Assembly (NCBI GenBank): GCA_039028615.1
Contig: JBCCHT010000028.1
Location: forward strand, 96,001 to 160,000
Direction of reading: 5' to 3'
Source of the DNA: Myxococcota bacterium
GTDB lineage: Bacteria > Myxococcota_A > Polyangia > Nannocystales > Nannocystaceae
Length of the DNA: 64,000 nt
Of this stretch, positions 1 through 8,313 are shown piece by piece. How positions within the stretch are numbered: position 1 is the stretch's first letter; each line of letters opens with the position of its first letter. The notes beneath the pieces are model-generated. The model made no database searches. It saw only the letters and a program-made list of their open reading frames with translations, and had not been told where the DNA came from. Made by a program: the position numbers and the translations under genes.

Positions 1-2245
1 CCGCGTGGCGGAGATCTCCGACGTCGCACATCAGCAGCAAGGCCGCGGCATGGCGCATGGCGTGGGCGCAGGCCAAGGCGGCCGCCGCTCGGCGACCGGG
101 ATCGGGCATCTCCCGCAGGATCTCGGGCGGCATGCCCCAGTAGGCCGCGGTGGTGTGTAGCTCGAGATCGGGCAGGTTGATCGGGCCAAAGCCGATGTTG
201 TCGTGGGTGCCCAGCCGGATCTTCTTGAACGCGGGCACCTTGCGGACGACATGGGCGTAGCCGGTACCCGCGCCCCACTCGGGGGGCTGCGCTTCGGGGT
301 CGTCCTCTTCGGTGGCATCGACCACGCGCACGCGCAGCTTGCTGACCGCGACCGTGTAGTACGACGCGTTGACCTTGCGCACGCTGGCCTTGCGCCCGTC
401 CCAGTCGAGCTCGCGAACCTCGTAGGGCGTGCCCTCGATGGGATAGATGGCCCCCGGGTGCAGGTACAGCGGGCCGTCCTCGAAGTCGACTTGGGCCAGC
501 ACTTCGCCGGCCGGATCGAGGACGCTGAAGTTTTCCTCCATCGCGCCCCGGATGGCGACCTGCTCGGCGGGCGAGTCACCGCCGAGCACCACGTGGGCTC
601 CGGTGTCACCCGGGCCGGGCTCGTAGTGCAGGCCACCCCGCCCCGCCAGATAGCCGACGGCCAGCTCGGTGTCTTCGGCGCCGAGACCCGGCAGCGCCTC
701 GCCATCCATGATGGGCAGCTCCTGCGCCGCGCAGCGAATGTGCGGCAGCAGGACCTCGGGGTTGTCGGGATCGACCCGAGCCTGCTCGATGGCGCGATCG
801 AACAGGAAGTCCGGCGATGCACCGACGAATTGATCGAGCGGAGACGAGGACAGCACCATGACCGCCAGCGAGGGTTGGCCGCGTCGCCCCGCTCGGCCCG
901 CTCGCTGCCACGTGGCCGCCCGCGTGCCCGGGTAGCCCGCGAGCACCACCGCATCCATGCCGCCGATGTCGACGCCGAGCTCGAGGGCGTTGGTGGAGGC
1001 CACGACTCGCGCTTCACCTTCGCGCAACGCCCGCTCGATCTCGCGACGACGCTCGGGCAAGTAGCCCCCGCGATAGCCTCGGATCGCGGTCCGGGCCGTT
1101 CGCAGTGCGGTGGGGCCATCGCCCCCGTGCGCGCCCGCCCGACGACCGGAGACCTCGCGCGCCTCGTCGTCGCGGAGGTATCGGGTGAGCAGCTCGACCG
1201 CGCGGCGGGTGCGACAAAACGCGAGGGTCGAGACCTCGGCCCGCCGCAGCGTGGTGGTGATCTCCCGGCTGACCTTGATGTAGTCGCGCCGCACGCCCGT
1301 GGTGGCGTCGACGACCTTCGGGTTGACCACCAAAAAGCGCCGCGGGCCGCACGGCGAGGTATCGCGGTCGACGACGACCATGCCGCCGCGCTCCCGCGTC
1401 CAGGGGCACAGCGCCTCGGCCAGGGCACCCGGGTCGGCGATGGTGGCCTAACACGCGATGACCTGGGGGCGCGCGCCGTAGTGCCGACAAAGCCGCCACA
1501 ACCGACGCAAGACATTGCCCACGTGACTTCCAAACAAGCCGCGGTAGGTATGCAGCTCGTCGAGCACGATGTACTTGAGGCCGGCGAACACCCGCCCCCA
1601 TGCATCGTGGTGGGGCAGCATGCCTCGGTGCAGCATGTCGGGGTTCGTCGCAATCGCGTGCGCCCGCGCTCGGGCGGCGCGACGCTCGGCGGGCGGCGTA
1701 TCGCCGTCGTACACCCCGACACCGACCGGAGCGTCGGTCGGCAACACACCCGTGAGCTGCCGCATCGATTCGACTTGATCGCGTCCCAACGCCTTGGTCG
1801 GGAACATCATCAGCGCGCGCGAGTCCGGATCGCGTAGTACCGCCTGCACGATCGGCACCTGGAAGCACAGCGATTTACCCGAAGCGGTCGACGTGGCGAG
1901 CACGACGTCTCGACCTTCGGCCAATGCGGACAACGCCTGGTGCTGATGCGCGTAGGGACGCTCCATCCCGCGTTCGCGCAGCGCATTGGCGAGACGCGGA
2001 TCGAGGTCGTCCCCCCACTCTCCCCATGCTCCAGATCGTGCCGGTTCGACCTGATCGGAGACGAGATCCACCATCGGATGGCGGGCGATCTCGTCCGCCG
2101 CGACATCCAGGGGGCGCCCCCCATCGGGGCGGGAAACATTAGCTTCTCCCGTGCGGGCCAGGGCCTTTTGATCTCGACCGTTACCGTTGCTGGCCCCAAG
2201 AAGGAGGGTCCGCGCACGGGAGAAGCTTGGATAACGCTCTAACAT
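1..2245 (-). pseudogene. DEAH-box helicase with C-terminal DUF1998 region (MrfA/YprA/Hrq-like), interrupted by an in-frame TAG at 1448-1450; 3' end runs off the window
   Basis: Motifs PYAHQ (Q motif), TSTASGKS (I), TNPDMLH and LDELH (II), then IAC*ATIADP (motif III SAT broken by TAG). The same frame continues through GYRGGY, STNALELGVDIG and QRAGRAGR to AHAMRHAAALLLMCDVGDL at the window edge. Start uncertain (2074, 2138 with a frameshift, or 2245). Confidence 0.85.
2141..2227. other. Long imperfect hairpin closed by a perfect 15-bp inverted repeat (possible structured 5' leader or small RNA)
   Basis: AGCTTCTCCCGTGCG (2141-2155) is the exact reverse complement of CGCACGGGAGAAGCT (2213-2227); internal pairing CCTTTTG/CAAGAAGG. 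Confidence 0.55.
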
Positions 2246-2283
2246 TGAACGCGATCGGGCGCTCGCACTGAACTTCCGCGCCC

Positions 2284-2312
2284 ATGAAACACCCGTTCAG
2301 TTGGCGCGTCAA
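2284..2312 (-). promoter_or_regulatory. Putative sigma70 promoter for the helicase, with an overlapping LexA/SOS-like box (2285-2300)
   Basis: Minus strand TTGACG-17 nt-TTTCAT; the spacer and -10 contain CTGAAC-GGGT-GTTTCA. Confidence 0.45.
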
Positions 2313-2437
2313 GAGCCAATGGATCGACGTACGAGATGGTTTGCGCCAACCCCGAGTTCGGGGGGGTCTCGCGGCCATCACGCAGCCCCGGGGACGCGCA
2401 ACTCCCGCACGACGAATTCACGGGGTCGAAGGCCCGG

Positions 2438-3436
2438 TCAGCCGGCCGGATCCGCACGGAGCGCGCGCAGCAAGTCCGCGAAATCGGACGGAAGATCGGC
2501 GGTGAAGCTCAGGGTTCGGTCGCGCGTCGGGTGCTGCACTCCGAGCTCCGCAGCGTGGAGCATCGGTCGACCTCGACCCTTCGCGAACGCCTTCAACCGC
2601 GGTCCATCGTAGTCGCGATCGTAGACCCGCTCGCCCACCAACGGATGGTGATCTTCTCCGAGGTGGATGCGGATCTGGTGCTGCCGACCCGTCTCGAGTC
2701 GACACTCGACCAACGAAACTCCACCCGCCGTGCCGCCCGACTCCCACTTCAGTTCCGTCGCGGGGTGATGCTCGACCAGTTTCACATGCGTGACCGCGCG
2801 TCGAGCCGAAGCGGGACGCGATCCCTTACCGCGACGGTCCTTCCACGAGCCGCGCCGTCGATCGCCTCGATCCGGCACCAGCCACGTCTCGTGCGTCTGC
2901 GAACGAACCTCGCCGTACGCGAGACCCAAGTACGCCCGCTGAACGTCGTGCCGCCGGAACTGCTCGCCGAGACCTCGTTCCGCGCGACGGGTTCGGGCGA
3001 AGATGAGCACCCCGCTCGTGTCCTTGTCGAGCCGCTGCACGACCCGCAGCGGCGGGAGATGCCGCGCATGCTCGCGCCGCCGCAGCGCGGCGTGCGTGCG
3101 ATGCAACAGCGTGTCGCGCTCGTCGGCGGTAAACGGGACGCTGACCAAGCCCGCTGGCTTGTCGACCACCACCACGTCGGGATCGACGTGCAGAAACCGA
3201 ATGGGGTCGTCGCGATGCTTGGGTGCCGGCTTCGACAGCACCACGATCGTCCGGCCTTCTTCGACCCGCGCGGCCGGATCCGTGGCTAACTCGTCGTCGA
3301 CCTGCACTCGGCCGCGGCGCACGAGCGCCCGGACTTGGTTCCAGGACATGCCCTCGAGCATCGAGCGCACCACCGCGGCCACCGTCTTCCCCGCCTGCTG
3401 CGGGCTCACGACCGCACGGACCTCGGGATCGCTCAT
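2438..3436 (-). CDS. RluA/RluD-family pseudouridine synthase with N-terminal S4-like domain
   Basis: VVVVDKPAG, VQRLDKDTSG (catalytic Asp), LETGRQHQIRIH, MLHA. The ATG at 3436 overlaps the upstream stop (ATGA). Confidence 0.93.
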   Translation of the reverse strand: MSDPEVRAVVSPQQAGKTVAAVVRSMLEGMSWNQVRALVRRGRVQVDDELATDPAARVEEGRTIVVLSKPAPKHRDDPIRFLHVDPDVVVVDKPAGLVSVPFTADERDTLLHRTHAALRRREHARHLPPLRVVQRLDKDTSGVLIFARTRRAERGLGEQFRRHDVQRAYLGLAYGEVRSQTHETWLVPDRGDRRRGSWKDRRGKGSRPASARRAVTHVKLVEHHPATELKWESGGTAGGVSLVECRLETGRQHQIRIHLGEDHHPLVGERVYDRDYDGPRLKAFAKGRGRPMLHAAELGVQHPTRDRTLSFTADLPSDFADLLRALRADPAG

Positions 3437-4464
3437 GGCCGCAGGACCAGCTTCCCGATGGTGCGCCCCGACTCCAGCGCCCGGTGGGCCTCGGCCACGT
3501 CGGACAGGGCGTAGCTGACGATGGGTGGGGGCACGATCACGCCCTCGTCGGCCCAGTGCAGCAGGTGGTCCATGCCGCGCGCCAGCCGGTCCGTCTGCTC
3601 GAACAGGTAGCTGAGGTTGAAGCCCATCACGCTGCGGTTTTCGTTGGTGAGCGCCAGCGGGTCGAAGCGCGGCGTTCGGAGGTAGTGCCAGGCGAGCTTC
3701 AGCCAGTTCTTGCGCTGGCCCGCGCGCGGCAGCATGGTGGCGAACCCGTACACCACCAGGCGCCCGGTCGGTGCGACGTGCTGGTAGCTGTCCCGCAGGG
3801 TCGCCACGCCGTTGGCATCGAAGATCGCGTCGTAGCCCCGCGGCGAATAGGCCTCCGCTTCGGGCCACAGGCGCTCCGCCGACTTGTCGATGACCCGCTG
3901 CGCCCCGAAGCCCTTCACCGTGTCGACCTTGTGGGGGCCTCCCACCACGCCGACCACGTCGCAGCCGATGTGGCGCAAGATCTGGACCAGCACGCCCCCG
4001 ACCCCGCCGGCCGCGGAGTGGACGAGCACTTTCGACCCCCGCTCGAGGCGCGCCAGCTCCATCGCGGCATGCCAGGCGGTCAGGCCGACCGCGGGCAGCA
4101 CCGCCGCCTGCTCGTCGGTCCACCCTGCGGGACGGCGGAACACCTGATGGCGGGGCACCACGATCTCGCTCGCGTAGCCGCCGAAGCGGGTGACGGCGAG
4201 AATCTCGTCCCCGTCGGACAGGTCCTCGACGCCGTCCCCACACTCGGCCACCGTGCCGGCCACCTCGAAGCCGGGGGTGATCGGCCACCCCACGTACTCC
4301 TTGGCTGAGGCATAAAGCCCCATTCGGATGATGCAGTCGGCGTAGTTGATCCCGCAGGCACTCACCGCAACGCGGACGTGGCCCGGCGGAAGCGGTGGGC
4401 GCTCACGAGTCTCGAGGACGAGCCGGTCGTACGAGCCCGGACGTTGAATGACGATGGCCTTCAT
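3433..4464 (-). CDS. Medium-chain dehydrogenase/reductase (VAT-1/quinone oxidoreductase-like)
   Basis: MKAIVI start, GINYAD, PGFEVAG, VHSAAGGVG nucleotide-binding motif, C-terminal GRTIGKLVL. Confidence 0.92.
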   Translation of the reverse strand: MKAIVIQRPGSYDRLVLETRERPPLPPGHVRVAVSACGINYADCIIRMGLYASAKEYVGWPITPGFEVAGTVAECGDGVEDLSDGDEILAVTRFGGYASEIVVPRHQVFRRPAGWTDEQAAVLPAVGLTAWHAAMELARLERGSKVLVHSAAGGVGGVLVQILRHIGCDVVGVVGGPHKVDTVKGFGAQRVIDKSAERLWPEAEAYSPRGYDAIFDANGVATLRDSYQHVAPTGRLVVYGFATMLPRAGQRKNWLKLAWHYLRTPRFDPLALTNENRSVMGFNLSYLFEQTDRLARGMDHLLHWADEGVIVPPPIVSYALSDVAEAHRALESGRTIGKLVLRP

Positions 4465-4510
4465 GGGAGGGCGAGGCCGCGAACGATAGCAGCCCTCACC
4501 GCGCTCGACC

Positions 4511-5416
4511 CTAGTCCAGCTCGCACAAGGTCCCTTCGTGCTGGCAGGTGAACTCGGGCCACATCGCGCAATCGTCATCGTCGTCGTTGCACGGGAACAG
4601 GCAGTAGCCGTGGGCACAGCCCATCGCAGGGGCCATGGCGGGGCAGTCGCCCGCGGTCGTGCACGGGATCATGCACGAGTCCTCGCACTCGCCCACCGTG
4701 CAGCATTCCTCACCTGACCCCACGTCACAGACGGAGTCGTCCTCACAGGGGAAGCCGAGCGAGTCGCACTCGTTGGTCGCGGTGCACACCCCGGTCGCGC
4801 AGTCGCCCGCGTTCACACACTCGACGCAGGTGTTCGAGCCCGAGTCGCAGACCGGGGTGTCGCCGCCGCAATCGCCCGAGCCCAGGCACCCCACGCAGGT
4901 CTGCGTCGCCGGATCGCACAGCGGGATGCCGCCGCCGCAGTCGCCCTCGCCCAGACAGCCCACGCACGTGTCCGTGGCCGGATCGCAGACCGGCGTTTCG
5001 CCACCGCAGTCGCCACCGCAAACGGGCTCGCACTCGAACGTGGTGGGGTGGCAAACCTCGCCCTCGTCGCACGGATCCCCTTCGGGCAGGCATCCCACAC
5101 AGACGCCGCGGCCGGGCTCGCATACCGGCGTGTCTCCCTCGCACTCCTCGTGGGTTCGGCACCCGCCGTCCGAGCCCGTTTCGCCATCGGCCGCCGTGCT
5201 CCCGGCCGAGCCCCCCACCGAGTCGACGTCGGTCGCGGACGACGTGAGCGCGGACCCGCCGGCTGCCCCCGTCGACGACCCGTCGTTGCCCGCCGTCGTG
5301 CCGAAGTCGGTCATGACCTCGGGGCAGCCCGCGCCCGGGCATGGCTCGCCACATCCACCAACGCCGACCAACAACGCCGCCAACGCAGACGGCACGAGCA
5401 CGAAACGGGAAATCAC
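4511..5416 (-). CDS. Cys-rich repeat lipoprotein (myxobacterial type)
   Basis: Signal peptide ending VGVGGC, S/T/G linker, about five CGGxTPVCDPxxxxCVGC repeats. Start (GTG) uncertain. Confidence 0.75.
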   Translation of the reverse strand: MISRFVLVPSALAALLVGVGGCGEPCPGAGCPEVMTDFGTTAGNDGSSTGAAGGSALTSSATDVDSVGGSAGSTAADGETGSDGGCRTHEECEGDTPVCEPGRGVCVGCLPEGDPCDEGEVCHPTTFECEPVCGGDCGGETPVCDPATDTCVGCLGEGDCGGGIPLCDPATQTCVGCLGSGDCGGDTPVCDSGSNTCVECVNAGDCATGVCTATNECDSLGFPCEDDSVCDVGSGEECCTVGECEDSCMIPCTTAGDCPAMAPAMGCAHGYCLFPCNDDDDDCAMWPEFTCQHEGTLCELD

Positions 5417-5501
5417 GCCGTCCACGGCACACCGAGAGGCCGACGGCCCCCTCCGATTGCATGGTATCGGAAATGGCCTCGCTGCGGTCAGACAACGGAG
5501 T

Positions 5502-6086
5502 TCAGCGATAGGGGTCGGGCCGATGGGACAGCAGTGCGACCTCGAACGATCGGAGGTCGACCATTGCGTCACACAACATCGACGTCACCCAATCCGGGTC
5601 GGGGGTGGCCGCATAGAGGGTCTCTTCGAACACGTCGTCGGTACGCTCGAAGACCCCGGGCTGCCGCATCAGCGACCGCAGGCGCTTGACCCCCAGGCCG
5701 AGCTGCAGCAGCAACGCCTGGTCGGATCGGTTGAGCCGCTCGACCGACCCCAGCCACTCCCACAGGGCTCGCCGGGCCTCCACGATGGCGAGATCGTAGT
5801 CATCACAACGTTCACGGCGCCCCCAGGGCGTCTCGCGCAGCGGCGCATCGACGAAGCGTTGTAGTGGCGTCTCGAGCACCAACCGAACGACACGGGCATC
5901 GATGGCCAGCTGACCGAGCGGCGGGGTCAGGTGACGAACGTCGAGGGGAAGGTCGACGTGGATCTGCTCGAGCCGACGACGGGTGGCGGTACGACGAGCT
6001 CGGGCCTCGCGGGCCCGCTTGGCGGCCACGGTCAGGCCGGTGCCGGAGACTGTCGCAATGATCATCGTCCACAGCTCCACGTTCAA
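5502..6086 (-). CDS. Hypothetical protein with N-terminal membrane anchor
   Basis: Protein-like composition, hydrophobic N-terminus followed by a basic stretch; fills the gap between neighbouring genes. Confidence 0.6.
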   Translation of the reverse strand: MNVELWTMIIATVSGTGLTVAAKRAREARARRTATRRRLEQIHVDLPLDVRHLTPPLGQLAIDARVVRLVLETPLQRFVDAPLRETPWGRRERCDDYDLAIVEARRALWEWLGSVERLNRSDQALLLQLGLGVKRLRSLMRQPGVFERTDDVFEETLYAATPDPDWVTSMLCDAMVDLRSFEVALLSHRPDPYR

Positions 6087-6237
6087 CCGACCGCCATCTT
6101 CATCGTAGCAAGCGTGGCTCGGAGAGCCCGTGACCCCCGTCGCGCGGCCCGTCGTCGGCCGCTATCCCGCGGATCGGGCGCGGCGTCCCGCCAACGCCGC
6201 AGCCGCCGCTGCCCTCGTCCGCGGTACCCTGGGTCCG

Positions 6238-8133
6238 ATGACGCTTCAGGCGCGACCGCGATGGACCACGGTGGCGTGGCTCATCGTCGCGCTGAGCTGT
6301 GGCGAAGACTCCAGCCCCCAACCCGCCGCGGGTTCATCGAGCACCACGGACGCCGAACCGGCCAGTACTGGGCCTGCGACGCCACCCCCCGCGACCGACG
6401 GCTCGACGAGCACCAGGGGCCTGGACTCCTCCACCGCGACGACGGTGGCCCCCGACCTGCCCTCCTTCGATGTCGGGGGGAAAGATCTCGATTCCCTGAA
6501 CCCGGTCTGCTCCAACGACCTCACCCAGATCCTCGATGCCAACACGGGGGTCGTCCTCGAGACCTGCCCGCCCGCGCAGGGCTGCTTCGAGGGCGAGTGC
6601 ATCGCGGCCTGCCAGGCCGCCGCCGCGGCCGAAGGCTCGGTGGGCTGCGAGTTCTTCGTCCCCACCCCACCGTTTTATGCCAACAGCAATCCCGACGCGG
6701 TGCAGTCGGGCCCCTGCCATGCGCTGCTCGTCGCCAACCCGTGGAGCCGCGATGCGATCGTCGAGCTCGAGCGCGACGGCACCAGCTACGACGTCGATCT
6801 GGTGACCTACGTGCCGTCGGGGCTGGGCGCGGCCACGGTCTACGATCCGCTCCCGGCGACCGGCATTCCCAGCGGACAGGTCGCGGTGGTGTTCCTGTCC
6901 CATCGCAGCGGAGTGCACAACGGCACCTCGCTCGAGTGCCCGCGGGCGCCCGCCCTGTTCGAGGACGCGGCCCCGCACGGAACGGCGACCGGGCTGGCCT
7001 TCGAGCTGCGCAGCGACACCCCGCTGCAGGTCTACGACATCCTGCCCTACGGCGGGGCGCTGTCGTACCTGCCCTCGGCCTCCCTGCTCTACCCCACCAG
7101 CGCGTGGGGACAGGGCTATGCCGCGGTCACCCCCCACGAGCCCGACGGGAGGCAGTGGGTGCAGGTCGTCGGGCTGGACGACGGGACCACGGTGGACTTT
7201 CAACCCTCGGTCCCGATCTGGGCGGGGAACATTCCCAACGCCCCCGCCGGGCTGGTGACCTCGTACTCGATCGACGCGGGGGAGGTCCTGCAGTGGCACG
7301 GCGCGGGGGATCTGAGCGGGAGCATCATCAGCGCCGACGCGCCCGTGGGGCTGTGGAGCGGCAATACCTATCTGTTGGTGGACACGCAGGACATGCCCGA
7401 GTCCGGGCACGACAGCGCGCACCAGATGATCCCCGACGTCAACGCGCTGGGTTCCGAGTACGTGGGCGCGGGGCTCTATAGTCGCCTGCCGGGACTGGCG
7501 GCCGAGAGCGTGCGGTACCGAGTCGTGGGCGTGGTGGATGGCACGGCGCTGCAGTGGGACCCCGCCCCGCCGCCGGGCGCTCCCCTTTCGGTCGACGCGG
7601 GCGACGTCTTCGAGTTCGAATCGCGGGAGGTGTTCTCGGTCCGCAGCACGGGACGAGACCGCCCCTTCTCGCTCAGCCAGTACATGTCGGGGACGCTGAG
7701 CGGACAGCCCGGGTGCCTGGGTGAACCGGGGAACTGTGCCCTCGGCGATGAGGATTGGGTCGTGCTGGTGCCTCCCGCTCAGTTCCTGTCGTCGTATTCG
7801 TTCTTCGTGGACCCCACCTACGCAACCGGGACCCTGGTGCTGGTCCGCGTAGCCGGGCCCCGCGGATTCTCCGACGTCGACGTGCAGTGCATGGGGGTCG
7901 TGGGCGACTGGGAGCCAGTGGGGACCGACGGACGCTTCGAGGTGGCCCGGGTCGAGCTTTACCGCGGGGGCGTGGCTTCGGTGCCGGGATGCGCCACGAG
8001 CCAGCATTCGGCGATCAGCGAACGCGGGTTCGGGGTGATGGTCTGGGGCACGGATCTGGCCGCCTCGTACGGATACGCGGCCGGAGGCACGGCCCGCGCG
8101 ATCAATGTGGTGGATGTGGATCCGACCCCCTGA
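6238..8133 (+). CDS. IgGFc-binding N-terminal-domain lipoprotein
   Basis: Lipobox ALSC followed by GEDSS, S/T linker, SVGCEF, ASLLYPTSAWG, DLSGSIISADAPV, SYGYAAG, all typical of bacterial IgGFc-binding proteins. Confidence 0.8.
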   Translation: MTLQARPRWTTVAWLIVALSCGEDSSPQPAAGSSSTTDAEPASTGPATPPPATDGSTSTRGLDSSTATTVAPDLPSFDVGGKDLDSLNPVCSNDLTQILDANTGVVLETCPPAQGCFEGECIAACQAAAAAEGSVGCEFFVPTPPFYANSNPDAVQSGPCHALLVANPWSRDAIVELERDGTSYDVDLVTYVPSGLGAATVYDPLPATGIPSGQVAVVFLSHRSGVHNGTSLECPRAPALFEDAAPHGTATGLAFELRSDTPLQVYDILPYGGALSYLPSASLLYPTSAWGQGYAAVTPHEPDGRQWVQVVGLDDGTTVDFQPSVPIWAGNIPNAPAGLVTSYSIDAGEVLQWHGAGDLSGSIISADAPVGLWSGNTYLLVDTQDMPESGHDSAHQMIPDVNALGSEYVGAGLYSRLPGLAAESVRYRVVGVVDGTALQWDPAPPPGAPLSVDAGDVFEFESREVFSVRSTGRDRPFSLSQYMSGTLSGQPGCLGEPGNCALGDEDWVVLVPPAQFLSSYSFFVDPTYATGTLVLVRVAGPRGFSDVDVQCMGVVGDWEPVGTDGRFEVARVELYRGGVASVPGCATSQHSAISERGFGVMVWGTDLAASYGYAAGGTARAINVVDVDPTP

Positions 8134-8313
8134 GAACATTTTGTCGCGTCCACGTCGATGGGTCGCAATCCCGCGACGGTCGCGGACCACTACCCAGGGC
8201 GAAGGATGTTCGTGCCTGGACCACTCGAAGCCCGGCCTACGCCCCGCGACGGCCGTCGTGCGAGATCGGGGCGGGCGTGGCGGAGGCGTTGGTTCCGATA
8301 TGATGCTCGCCGC

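Noticed and set aside
1448..1450. Pyrrolysine or genetic-code reassignment of TAG
   Set aside because: TAG ends many intact genes here (metH, glgA, glgC), the position requires Ser, and no pyl genes are in the window.
2098..2281. Firm call as 6S RNA, SRP RNA or tRNA-Sec
   Set aside because: Size and rod shape are 6S-like, but conserved sequence signatures and the usual gene context are not evident; no SRP loop motif or cloverleaf. Kept only as an unassigned structure.
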